Shown: positions 1-8,708 of the stretch, in pieces
Layout of the letters: the number at the start of each line of letters is the position of its first letter
How positions within the stretch are numbered: position 1 is the first letter of the stretch
Assembly (NCBI GenBank): GCA_045863395.1
Contig: BTVJ01000006.1
Coordinates: 96,001-160,000, forward strand
DNA length: 64,000 nucleotides
From: Myxococcales bacterium
GTDB lineage: Bacteria; Myxococcota_A; UBA9042; JABWCM01; BTVJ01
Direction: 5' to 3'
Program-made: the position numbers and the translations under genes
Notes under the pieces: generated by a model
Databases searched by the model: none
The model's input: the letters and a program-made list of their open reading frames with translations, nothing else
What the model was told of the DNA's origin: nothing

Positions 1-1170
1 GATCCGGCGACTGGCGGCTGTGGCGTGCCCACCGCCGGCGGCACGCCATGCGACGCGGACGGAGACGGCTGCACGGTCGCCGACGCCTGCGACTCGGGGG
101 TGTGTCTGCCAGGGGCGCCCGCCGACTGCTCAGACCTGTCCGACCCCTGCAACGTGGGCGTGTGCGCGGCGGATGGGCCTGAAGCGTACTCGTGCAGTGC
201 TCAGGCGGTCGCCGGTCCCTGTGACGACGGGGACCCCTGCACCTCGGGCGATGCGTGCACCGCCGGCACCTGCGTCGGCGCGGCCGTCACCTGCGGGGAC
301 GACGGCAACCCGTGCACCACCGATACGTGCGACCCCGCGACGGGTGGCTGCGGCGTGCCCGTCCCCAGCGGTACGCCCTGCGACGCGGACGGCGACGGCT
401 GCACCCAGGGCGACGCGTGCGTGGGAGGGCAGTGTCTCGCCGGCCCGCCCGTGGACTGCTCGGCGTCAGACGACGACTGCAACGTCGGCGCGTGCGCGTC
501 GACGGGCCCCGAGACCTGGGCCTGCGCCCAGGACCCGGTCCCGCTGGAGGGAGCCCCCTGCGATGACGGCGAGGTCTGCACGTTCCCCGACACCTGCGGT
601 CAGGGTGCCTGCGGGGGCGCGACCTACCCCGCGTGCGAGGACCCGGATGGTGGGCTGATCTGCCTGCTCTGGGGCCAGTCGGGCCAGACCGTCGCGTGCG
701 AGCTGCACCTGGCGCGCGCCACCGAGGCGTCGCCCCCGGCGGTCAACCTCCAGGCCGACTGGGCCTGGGACGCGACGGCGGCGAGCCTCGATCAGCTCCA
801 GGACGGCGAGAAGTGCTTCACGCCCGAGTTCTGCGTGCCCTGGCTCATCCCGTCGAGCTTCTCGGCGCTCCAGTCCGGGCACTCCGTCAACCTGGACCCG
901 ACGACCCCCGCGACCTGGACCGGGGCCGGTCACATGCTCCTCGCCAACGTCCAGGCGGCGGACGTCCCGCTGACGGAGGCGTGGCTGGAGGGCCCGATCC
1001 TGCACGGTGAGTCCCATGTGGTGACGGCGCTCTTCACGCTGAAGAAGGACATCCCGGCGTCGAGCCCGGTGCCGGTGAGCCTCTCGAACCTCGTGATGTC
1101 GGACAAGGACCTCCACCCCCTCGCGGCGCAGGCGCTCCAGCTCCTGCTGCGCACGAGCCCTGCCCCTTGA
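1..1170 (+). CDS. Cys-rich repeat secreted/surface protein, 5' end outside window; C-terminal beta-rich domain, possibly cohesin-like
   Basis: Frame is open from base 1 (DPATGGCGVP...). Repeated CDDGxPCTxxDxC / CDADGDGCT units are followed by a non-repetitive C-terminus (GQSGQTVACELHL...LQADWAWD). Stop at 1168-1170. Confidence 0.75.
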   Translation, partial: DPATGGCGVPTAGGTPCDADGDGCTVADACDSGVCLPGAPADCSDLSDPCNVGVCAADGPEAYSCSAQAVAGPCDDGDPCTSGDACTAGTCVGAAVTCGDDGNPCTTDTCDPATGGCGVPVPSGTPCDADGDGCTQGDACVGGQCLAGPPVDCSASDDDCNVGACASTGPETWACAQDPVPLEGAPCDDGEVCTFPDTCGQGACGGATYPACEDPDGGLICLLWGQSGQTVACELHLARATEASPPAVNLQADWAWDATAASLDQLQDGEKCFTPEFCVPWLIPSSFSALQSGHSVNLDPTTPATWTGAGHMLLANVQAADVPLTEAWLEGPILHGESHVVTALFTLKKDIPASSPVPVSLSNLVMSDKDLHPLAAQALQLLLRTSPAP

Positions 1171-1514
1171 GCGAGGACCCCATGACCGCTCTGGCCGATC
1201 GTGACTGCCGCCGCTGCCGCACCGCCACCCTGGACGCCTTCGGCATCGATCCGCTCCTGGCCGAGCTCTCCGACCGCTGGAGGGTCGTCGGCACCGACCG
1301 CCTGGAGGGGGACCTGGTCTTCCCGGACTTCGCCGAGGGGCTGGAGTTCGTCAACATTGTCGGCGCCATCGCGGAGGCCCAGGATCACCACCCGGAGCTC
1401 CACCTGTCATGGGGCAAGGTGCGCGTGATCCTGTGGACCCACTCGGCGGGCGGGCTGACGGAGGCAGACTTCGTGCTGGCGGCCCGCATCGACCGCGCCT
1501 TCGAGGAGGGCTAG
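1167..1514 (+). CDS. phhB: Pterin-4-alpha-carbinolamine dehydratase
   Basis: Signature FxDFxEGLEFVN...AEAQDHHPELHLSWGKV...WTHSAGGLTEADFVLAARID. Start is either TTG 1167 or ATG 1182. Confidence 0.9.
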   Translation: MSEDPMTALADRDCRRCRTATLDAFGIDPLLAELSDRWRVVGTDRLEGDLVFPDFAEGLEFVNIVGAIAEAQDHHPELHLSWGKVRVILWTHSAGGLTEADFVLAARIDRAFEEG

Positions 1515-2848
1515 CCCTCGTAGGCGGCGTCGGCGATCTTCAGCGCGTCATCGATCATCGCCATGCCCTCGTCCAGCTCCGCCTCATTGACGCAGAGCGG
1601 GGGGACGGTGAAGATCCAGTTCCAGCGCACGAAGGTGTGCATGCCCAGCTCTCGGAGCCGCGCCGCCACCTTGCCCATGGCGCCCATCTGCGCGGCCGTC
1701 GCGTTCCAGGGGGCCAGGGGCTCGCGGGTCTCGCGGTTCTTCACGCACTCGATGACGCCGAACAGGCCGATGCTGCGCGTGTCGCCCACCGACGGGTGGT
1801 TGGCCTTCAGCTCCGCGTGCCGCGCGGCCATCTTCTCGCCCATGACGCGGGCGTTCTCGACCAGCCCGTCCTCCTCGTAGACCTCCATGGTGGCCAGCGC
1901 CGCCGCGCAGCCCACCGGGTGGCCGCTGTAGGTGAGGCCGCACATCAGGGGCTTGTCCTCGAAGAAGTCGGCGATGTGCTGGCGCACGATGACCGCCCCG
2001 AGGGGGACGTAGCCGCAGGTGATGCCCTTGGCGCAGACCATGATGTCCGGCACCACGTCGTAGTGCTCGATGGCGAACATCTTGCCCGTGCGCCCGAAGC
2101 CGCTCATCACCTCGTCGGCGATGATCAGGATCCCGTGCTTGTCCGCATACTTGCGCAGCGCCTGCCAGTAGCCCTGCGGCGGGATGATCAGGCCGCTCGA
2201 CCCGGTGACGCTCTCCATGAGGATGGCCGCCACGTTCTCGGGCCCCTCGAACTCGATGGTCTGGATCACGTGGTCGATGTAGACCTGCAGGTTGCCCTCC
2301 GGCGCGTAGCCGAAGGGGCATCGGTAGGCGTAGGGGTCGTGGACGCGCACGATGCCCGTGATGCCCGGCTCGTGGGGCAGGCGCCGCGGGTCGCCGCTGG
2401 CGGTGGTCGCGCCGTAGGTCGCCCCGTGGTAGCTGCGGTAGCGGGTGACGATCTTCTGGCGACCGGTCACGTCCCGCGCGATCTTGATGGCGTTCTCGAT
2501 GGCCTCGGCCCCACCGAGCGTGAACAGCGTCTTCGTCAGGTCGCCGGGCGCGAGGGACGCCAGCTTCGCGGCTGCCTGCCCCTTCACCTCCGTCGCCATG
2601 CCCGGGTAGACGAAGGCCAGGCGCTCCGCCTGCTCCTGGATGGCGCGGATGATCTTCGGGTGCCCGTGCCCGACGTTCATGTTCATGAGCTGTGACGAGA
2701 AGTCGATGTACCGCTTGCCGTCCACGTCCCAGATGTAGACCCCCTTGGCCCGGTCCATCACGATGGGGTTGGTCGCGGCCTTCTGGGGCATCCACGAGAA
2801 GAACACGTGGTCGCGGTGCTGGGAGAGGATCTCTGCGCGTCTGTCCAT
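1511..2848 (-). CDS. Class III PLP-dependent aminotransferase (omega-amino acid/taurine/beta-alanine:pyruvate type)
   Basis: Motifs G-YIWDVDGKRYIDFSS, SYHGAT, IADEVMSGFGRTG, PDIMVCAKGIT (PLP Lys), GLTYSGHP. Start taken at ATG 2848 (MDRRAEIL). Confidence 0.9.
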   Translation of the reverse strand: MDRRAEILSQHRDHVFFSWMPQKAATNPIVMDRAKGVYIWDVDGKRYIDFSSQLMNMNVGHGHPKIIRAIQEQAERLAFVYPGMATEVKGQAAAKLASLAPGDLTKTLFTLGGAEAIENAIKIARDVTGRQKIVTRYRSYHGATYGATTASGDPRRLPHEPGITGIVRVHDPYAYRCPFGYAPEGNLQVYIDHVIQTIEFEGPENVAAILMESVTGSSGLIIPPQGYWQALRKYADKHGILIIADEVMSGFGRTGKMFAIEHYDVVPDIMVCAKGITCGYVPLGAVIVRQHIADFFEDKPLMCGLTYSGHPVGCAAALATMEVYEEDGLVENARVMGEKMAARHAELKANHPSVGDTRSIGLFGVIECVKNRETREPLAPWNATAAQMGAMGKVAARLRELGMHTFVRWNWIFTVPPLCVNEAELDEGMAMIDDALKIADAAYEG

Positions 2849-2932
2849 GGTCAGCCCTCGCTCGGGGTGGTCAGCCAAAAGAAGCCTCTCTCTAGCCCTT
2901 TTTGCCGCGACGGGCAAGTCGCAGGGTTTCGA

Positions 2933-2962
2933 TTGACGGCGCCCGGACGGGAGCGGTACGGT
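2933..2962 (+). promoter_or_regulatory. Putative sigma70-type promoter for the ACBP-POT operon
   Basis: TTGACG (2933-2938), 18-nt spacer, TACGGT (2957-2962), upstream of the AGGAGG RBS and ATG 3003. Confidence 0.35.
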
Positions 2963-3002
2963 CGGGCCCTTCGACGGCGCGGCTACGCGCAGGAGGTCTC
3001 CC

Positions 3003-3281
3003 ATGAGCCCAGCCATGGACTCGGAAGCGCGGTTCCGCGACGCCCTCGCCCGCGTGAAGGCGCTCCCCCAGCAGCCGAGCAACGTGCTCCTCGATCTCTA
3101 CGGCCTGTTCAAGCAGGCGTCCGACGGCGACGTCAGCGGCAAGCGCCCCGGCGTCCTCGACCTGCGGGGCCGCGCCAAGTGGGACGCCTGGGCCGCGCGC
3201 CAGGGCATGACCCGCGAGGCCGCGATGCTCGCCTATGCGGAGCTCGTCGACCGGCTGTGTGGCAGGGGGGCGAACCCATGA
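3003..3281 (+). CDS. Acyl-CoA-binding protein (ACBP)
   Basis: LLDLYGLFKQASDGD...RPGVLDLRGRAKWDAW...GMTREAAMLAY is the ACBP consensus. AGGAGG RBS upstream. Confidence 0.9.
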   Translation: MSPAMDSEARFRDALARVKALPQQPSNVLLDLYGLFKQASDGDVSGKRPGVLDLRGRAKWDAWAARQGMTREAAMLAYAELVDRLCGRGANP

Positions 3282-5014
3282 CGGACGCCCCGCCCCGCAA
3301 CGCGAAGGGCTACCTGACGGCCCCGGACCACACGCTGACCGGGTGGCCCCCCGGCGTGCCCTACATCATCGGCAACGAGGGCTGCGAGCGGTTCAGCTTC
3401 TACGGCATGAAGTCCATCCTTCAGGTCCACCTGACGGCGCTCGGCGTCATGGTCCTGCTCACGCAGGGCATCGCCGACGGCACGGTGGAGTGGGTGGAGA
3501 CCACCTTGGGGCGAATTCCGCTGCTCTCGGCTGCCGCGCGCGAGTCTGCCGCCCAGGAAGCTCAATACGTCGTCCACCTCTTCATCGCGGGCGTCTACGC
3601 CTTCCCGATGATCGGCGCCATCCTCGCCGACCGGCTCTGGAACAAGTACAACACCATCCTCTGGCTGAGCCTGGTCTACTGCGCGGGCCACGCGGTGCTC
3701 GCCGTGGGCGAGAACAGCCTGGAGGGCATGTACCTGGGCCTCGCCCTCATAGCCATCGGGTCGGGCGGCATCAAGCCCTGCGTGTCCGCCAATGTGGGTG
3801 ACCAGTTCGGGAAGGCCAACTGGAGCCGGCTCGAGCGCGTCTTCCAGATGTTCTACTTCATCATCAACTTCGGGTCCTTCTTCGCCACCCTGCTCATCCC
3901 GTGGGTCAAGGAGGTCTACGGGACGAGCGTCGCCTTCGGCATCCCCGGCGTCCTCATGTTCATCGCGACGGTGATCTTCTGGACCGGGCGCAAGAAGTTC
4001 GTCCACGTGCCCGCGCGCCCGGGCGGCGCCTTGGGGGGCCTCGACTTCCTGAGCTCGGCGTTCATGTTCATGACCTTCGGGTCGCTCTTCTTCACGGCGA
4101 CCGCCCCCTTGTGGGTCATCCTCGTCACGTCGGGGTCCTGCCTCGCCGTCGGCATGGTGCTGTTCTTCGCGCGGCAGCAGCGCCAGCCCGACGACAGCTT
4201 CCTGCCCGTGTTCCTGTACGCGGCCTCATCCTTCCTTCGCGGTGAGCGCGGCGAGGGGCGCCCGGTCCGGGCGGCGGGGGACGACAAGCCCGCGTCCGAG
4301 CGGTGGCTGGACCAGAGCCGCTTCTGGGGCGCCGCCGTGCGCCGCTACGGGCACGCGACCGTCGAGGGGCCGGTGGCGGTCCTCAAGATCATCAGCATCT
4401 TCGTGATGGTCAGCGTGTTCTGGGCGCTCTTCGATCAACACGCCTCGTCGTGGATCCGCCAGGCCGAGGTCATGGACCGGACCTTCGATCTGCCGTTCAT
4501 CGGGGCCTTCACCGTGCTGCCCTCGCAGGTGCAGGCGCTCAACCCGGCCCTCGTGATGATCCTCATCCCCTTCGCGGGCTTCGTCCTCTACCCGGGCATC
4601 GGCAAGCTCGGCTTCACCATGACGCCGCTGCGGCGCATGACCATCGGCATGGCCATCGCCAGCGCCGCCTTCGCCGTAGTGGCGCTCATCCAGGCGCGCA
4701 TCGACGGGGGCGAGCACGTCCACGTGGTCTGGCAGATCATCCCCTACATCATCATGACCCTCGCCGAGGTCATGGTGTCGATCACCGGCCTGGAGTTCGC
4801 CTACAGCCAAGCGCCGAAGCGCATGAAGTCCACCATCATGGGCTTCTGGCTGCTCACGGTGGCGCTCGGCAACGTGCTCGTGTCCTTCCTGAGCACGTTC
4901 AAGGGGCTGGCGCTGGTCGACTTCTTCTGGACCTTCGCGGCCTTCATGGCGGGGGCGGCGCTGCTCTTCGGCCTGCGGGCGGCCTTCTACCGTATGCGGG
5001 ACTACGCGCAGTAG
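3278..5014 (+). CDS. POT/PTR family proton-dependent oligopeptide transporter (MFS)
   Basis: ExxERFSFYGM motif, GSGGIKPCVSANVGDQF, FYFIINFGS, GLEFAYSQAPKRMKS and many TM segments. ATG 3278 overlaps the ACBP stop (ATGA). Confidence 0.92.
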   Translation: MTDAPPRNAKGYLTAPDHTLTGWPPGVPYIIGNEGCERFSFYGMKSILQVHLTALGVMVLLTQGIADGTVEWVETTLGRIPLLSAAARESAAQEAQYVVHLFIAGVYAFPMIGAILADRLWNKYNTILWLSLVYCAGHAVLAVGENSLEGMYLGLALIAIGSGGIKPCVSANVGDQFGKANWSRLERVFQMFYFIINFGSFFATLLIPWVKEVYGTSVAFGIPGVLMFIATVIFWTGRKKFVHVPARPGGALGGLDFLSSAFMFMTFGSLFFTATAPLWVILVTSGSCLAVGMVLFFARQQRQPDDSFLPVFLYAASSFLRGERGEGRPVRAAGDDKPASERWLDQSRFWGAAVRRYGHATVEGPVAVLKIISIFVMVSVFWALFDQHASSWIRQAEVMDRTFDLPFIGAFTVLPSQVQALNPALVMILIPFAGFVLYPGIGKLGFTMTPLRRMTIGMAIASAAFAVVALIQARIDGGEHVHVVWQIIPYIIMTLAEVMVSITGLEFAYSQAPKRMKSTIMGFWLLTVALGNVLVSFLSTFKGLALVDFFWTFAAFMAGAALLFGLRAAFYRMRDYAQ

Positions 5015-5042
5015 GCAGCCAAGCTCGTCAGGCTCGACGGGG

Positions 5043-5366
5043 TCAGGCGAGCTCGTCCTCGATCTCGGCGAGGAGCTGCTCGCACTCCAGGCGGGGCCCG
5101 CTGTGGCCCTGGGCGATGGCGAGCTTGATGGCGGCGCGGCAGGCGTCCCGGGCGTCGGACCACCGCTCCAGCTCCATCAGGGCCCGGGTGCGATGCACGT
5201 GGGCCATCATGTAGTCGGGCTTGATGGCGGCGACCTCGGCGAAGGTCGCGGCAGCCTCCTCGAAGCGCCCCGCCTCCAGCAGCGCCTGGCCCAGAGAGAA
5301 CCGCGGGAGCTCGCTGTCCGGGAACTGGGCCACGAGGGCGCGACACCGGTCGATTCGTTCGCTCAT
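5043..5366 (-). CDS. Small tetratricopeptide-repeat protein
   Basis: FPDSELPRFSLGQALLEAGRFEEAAATF...PDYMMAHVHRTRAL...ELERWSDARDAC gives two TPR-like helix pairs. Start overlaps the upstream stop. Confidence 0.75.
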   Translation of the reverse strand: MSERIDRCRALVAQFPDSELPRFSLGQALLEAGRFEEAAATFAEVAAIKPDYMMAHVHRTRALMELERWSDARDACRAAIKLAIAQGHSGPRLECEQLLAEIEDELA

Positions 5367-5710
5367 GGTGCCTTCGGGGGGGGCGTCGCCTCCGCCTCTG
5401 TTGCAGTGCGGGCCTTGTAGCCGGCCTTCTCGATGGCTTGGATGATGTCCGCTGCCTTGAGCTTCGCGGGGTCGAACGTGACCCAGGCCCGGGCCTGTTC
5501 GTGGCTGGCCTTGGCCTCAGTGATGCCGTCGACCTTGGCCAGGGTCTCTTCGATGTGTGTGGCGCAGCCCTCGCAAGTGGTCCCCTCCAGCACCAGGGTT
5601 ACGCTCGCTGCCTTCGCCTTCGCTTCCGCCACCGTCGCGGCCTTCTCACCGCCGCACGCGATCAGCGGCAACGCCAACCACGCCAGCACCACGAAAGTCT
5701 TCATGTTCAC
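5363..5710 (-). CDS. Heavy-metal-associated (HMA, MerP/CopZ-like) lipoprotein
   Basis: Signal peptide with lipobox LIAC, then EGTTCEGCATHIEETLAKVDGI...IIQAIEKAGY (GxxCxxC metal site). Start GTG 5710 or ATG 5704. Confidence 0.85.
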   Translation of the reverse strand: MNMKTFVVLAWLALPLIACGGEKAATVAEAKAKAASVTLVLEGTTCEGCATHIEETLAKVDGITEAKASHEQARAWVTFDPAKLKAADIIQAIEKAGYKARTATEAEATPPPKAP

Positions 5711-6855
5711 ACCATCTGCTCAGGCACGGTGGCCTTGTCCTTGCTGCTCTTGCCGGTCTGAAGGATCCGTGTGCCGAGGTCCGACCGGATGAAGATATAG
5801 AGGATCGCGGTCAGCGCCAGGAGCACGCCGCCGGCGAGCCACGGGTTGTACTGCTCCTGCAGGTAGATCTTTCCCTCGCCCACCGGCGGGATGAACGGCG
5901 GCTCGATGGGCAAGCCGAACCGTTGGGCCAAGATGGCCGCCTGGATGAGGTGGATGACCGGCACGCCCTCGTTGGAGAAGCGGACCATCACGGAGTCGAT
6001 GGTCGACGAGCCCGACGGCGTGGCGCGGTTGAGGCCCGCGCGGAACATCTTCTTGCCGACGCTGGTGCCGACGGACGCGGCGCCGCCGCCCACGTTGACG
6101 TAGGCGGCGATGGGGCGCTCCCCCGCGGCCTCGCGGTACACGCGCATGCGCTCGACGACGCTCTCCTCGTAGTTCGCGGGCTTGATCAGCGGGATGTTGT
6201 TGCGCTCGATGGACTCCAGGAGCATGGCGCGCCCCTGCTTGGACATGCCGAAGCCCCGGTCGTCGATGCCGCCCATCGACGCGGCGACGGACCGGATGCT
6301 GAACACCCCGTGCTGGCTCAGGATTCGCTCCATGTCGAGCCAGGTCAGCCCCGGGATGTTTGCTCCCCACTGGGAGGCCGCAACGGACGTCATGACGATG
6401 CACCGCAGCTTGAGCGCCGTGCAGGCCGCGTAGCTCCCCATGTTGAGCGCGGGGAAGGAGCCGGACGCGCCGACCGCCACCGTGTCGCCCTCCTCGACGC
6501 CCGCCTTCTTGAGCAAGTGGACGATCACGGCGCCCCAGTTGGGGTTGATCGAGGTGCGCTTGGCGGGCAGGTGGCCGCTGTTGGACGTGATCGGCGACAT
6601 GAGGATGCCGATGACGCCCGACTGGGCCGGGTCCGCCTCCAGGTCCACCTCGGGGCCGAGGCGAAGCCGCTCCTCCTTGATGACCTCCAGCGCCTGCCGG
6701 GTGAGGCGCGCCGCGGCCATCTTCTCTGCGTGGAACGGCTGCTTCGTCTTGACGAGGAAGTTCTCGACGGACCACAGGGCCGTGACGGACAGCAGCGCCA
6801 CCAGGAGGAGCACGTTGCGCGAGACCTTGTTGGGCCGCCAGTAGAGACGCTTCAT
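5707..6855 (-). CDS. pgsW: Poly-gamma-glutamate system protein (PgsW-type)
   Basis: SGVIG..SPITSNSGHLPAKRTSINPNW, GDTVAVGASGSFPALN, ASQWGANIP, SMGGIDDRG, YVNVGGGAASVG, GVPVIHL. Lies directly after pgsC; ATG 6855 overlaps the pgsC stop. Confidence 0.85.
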   Translation of the reverse strand: MKRLYWRPNKVSRNVLLLVALLSVTALWSVENFLVKTKQPFHAEKMAAARLTRQALEVIKEERLRLGPEVDLEADPAQSGVIGILMSPITSNSGHLPAKRTSINPNWGAVIVHLLKKAGVEEGDTVAVGASGSFPALNMGSYAACTALKLRCIVMTSVAASQWGANIPGLTWLDMERILSQHGVFSIRSVAASMGGIDDRGFGMSKQGRAMLLESIERNNIPLIKPANYEESVVERMRVYREAAGERPIAAYVNVGGGAASVGTSVGKKMFRAGLNRATPSGSSTIDSVMVRFSNEGVPVIHLIQAAILAQRFGLPIEPPFIPPVGEGKIYLQEQYNPWLAGGVLLALTAILYIFIRSDLGTRILQTGKSSKDKATVPEQMV

Positions 6856-7310
6856 GCCGACTGGAGCTCCGTTCCGACGACCAGGATCAGCACCAGGCGC
6901 ACCAGCACGGACACCGTGAGGAGCGTGGTCACGGTCTCGACGACGCCCTGGCGGTCGAGCCAGATGCCGATGAGGCCGGGGATGATGAAGCCGATGATCG
7001 CCCACTCCTGCCCGAAGGTGGTGATGTTGCCGTGGAGGACCATGCGCAGCCCCATGCCCAGCAGGTAGCCGACCAGGATCATCAACACGGTGCGTCGCCG
7101 CCCGTAGAGGATCAGCACCGACCCGAGGGCGTGGACGATGGCGAAGGTCGCGAAGCCGGCGCCGATGGTCAGCGCCACGTCCATGGGGTGGACGAGGCGC
7201 AGGGCGAAGTAGCCAGGCACCACCATGCCGCCCGGCGCGACGCCGAACAGCTCCGAGAAGACCAGGCTCACGATGAGCCCGACGCCGATGGCGAGGGGGA
7301 GAAGCTCCAT
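6852..7310 (-). CDS. pgsC: Poly-gamma-glutamate biosynthesis membrane protein PgsC/CapC
   Basis: IGVGLIVSLVFSELFGVAPGGMVVPGYFAL, ILYGRRR, IGFIIPGLIGIWLDRQG match CapC motifs. Confidence 0.93.
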   Translation of the reverse strand: MELLPLAIGVGLIVSLVFSELFGVAPGGMVVPGYFALRLVHPMDVALTIGAGFATFAIVHALGSVLILYGRRRTVLMILVGYLLGMGLRMVLHGNITTFGQEWAIIGFIIPGLIGIWLDRQGVVETVTTLLTVSVLVRLVLILVVGTELQSA

Positions 7311-7311
7311 G

Positions 7312-8523
7312 TCAGGCGGCCCTCAGTTCCTTGTGGATGATGCTGCGGTTCTTGAAGTGGCGCACCAGGGGGATCCCCTGGCCGCCGATGTTTCCCATGC
7401 CGACGATCAGCGCCTCCTCGCCGGAGACCCCGATGAGCGTCTCGAAGATCTGCTCGACGCCGAAGTCGTCTGCGATCACGTACTTGGAGTAGTCCGCGCC
7501 CCTGTCGACCGCGGCCTTGCTGAAGATGTACGTGCCCGTGCCCATCAGCGCCACGTGGTCGGCCGGCTGCCAGTCCACGCACGCCTCGCCGAGCTGGATG
7601 GACCGGTCGGGGCGGTCCGCGCGGCAGTTGAAGAGCATGATGCGCCGCTTGATGTGCGGGTACTTGGCGATGGCGATGTTCCAGAGGCGCTCGGTGGACT
7701 CCGGGTCGTTGGCCGCGAAGGCGTTGACGAACACGATGCGGCGCCCGAAGAAGTCGATCTCGTAGTCCATCAGCACGCCCGGGTCCGGCTGGGCCTGCCA
7801 CATGCCCCGCAGCGCCACGTTCCGCTCGACGCCCAGGTCCGCGCACACCTTGAGGGCGAGGGCCACGTTCTCGGCGTGCTCGATGTAGCTGAAGCCGGCG
7901 AGGTCCTCCTTGGAGATGTCCGCGACCTCCTCCTCGGTGGTGCCGAAGAACTGTGACTTGCGGTCCGCGGCCGCCACCTTGAAGATGCCGTCCAGGTCTC
8001 GCTCCGCCGTGAAGAACTTGCCCTTGGTGGGCATCATGCCGGCGAGCGCCAGCGCCACGTCGTCCTCCGTGGGCCCCATGACGTCCAGGTGGTCGGGGCG
8101 GGCGTTGGTGATGACCCCGTGGGTCGCCCGCACGATGCGCGCCTCGCACAGCCACTGGAGGTAGGGCACGAGCGCCATGCACTCGATGACCAGCGCCTGG
8201 GCCTCGTTGGCCTGGGCCGTGGCGACGATGCGGAGCTGCTCGATGACGTTGGCCCGCGCCGGCCGGAACACGGGGTACTCCTTGCCGTCGGGCATGATCA
8301 TGCGCGGCAGGGTGCCGGTGGTCTTGGCGCAGGTCCTGATGCCCCCAGCGCGCAGGCCCGCGGCGATGAGGCGAGTCACGCTGGACTTGCCCCGCGTCCC
8401 GTTGACGTGGATGCGGATGGGGATCTTGAAAAGGCGCTTGCGATGGAGCCACAGCTCCGTGACGCCCAGCACCACTGCCACGACGGTCGCGACCACCAGG
8501 ACGATGTAGCGTGTGGGATCCAT
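7312..8523 (-). CDS. pgsB: Poly-gamma-glutamate synthase PgsB/CapB (Mur-ligase fold)
   Basis: IPIRIHVNGTRGKSSVTRLIAAGL, AKTTGT, ANVIEQ, VIECMAL, ITNARPDHLDVMGPT, FVNAFAANDPEST, NCRADRPDRS. N-terminal TM helix; start ATG 8523. Confidence 0.95.
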   Translation of the reverse strand: MDPTRYIVLVVATVVAVVLGVTELWLHRKRLFKIPIRIHVNGTRGKSSVTRLIAAGLRAGGIRTCAKTTGTLPRMIMPDGKEYPVFRPARANVIEQLRIVATAQANEAQALVIECMALVPYLQWLCEARIVRATHGVITNARPDHLDVMGPTEDDVALALAGMMPTKGKFFTAERDLDGIFKVAAADRKSQFFGTTEEEVADISKEDLAGFSYIEHAENVALALKVCADLGVERNVALRGMWQAQPDPGVLMDYEIDFFGRRIVFVNAFAANDPESTERLWNIAIAKYPHIKRRIMLFNCRADRPDRSIQLGEACVDWQPADHVALMGTGTYIFSKAAVDRGADYSKYVIADDFGVEQIFETLIGVSGEEALIVGMGNIGGQGIPLVRHFKNRSIIHKELRAA

Positions 8524-8557
8524 CGAGCTCCCGCGGCACGAGGGGGACCGGCGCCGC

Positions 8558-8586
8558 AGTATTGCGACGCGCCCCTGGACTGTCAA
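8558..8586 (-). promoter_or_regulatory. Putative sigma70-type promoter of the pgs operon
   Basis: Minus strand: TTGACA (8586-8581), 17-nt spacer, AATACT (8563-8558), about 35 nt before the pgsB ATG. Confidence 0.5.
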
Positions 8587-8708
8587 TGGACGGGGTGCAA
8601 CCGTGAGGTGGGTTCGGGTCCGGTGCCCGGATCGCGCGACCGTGGGTAGATCCTTCCGCGCCGGTGTGCGTCCCCACCCTCCGTCACGACCCTTGATGGA
8701 GGAGCCCC

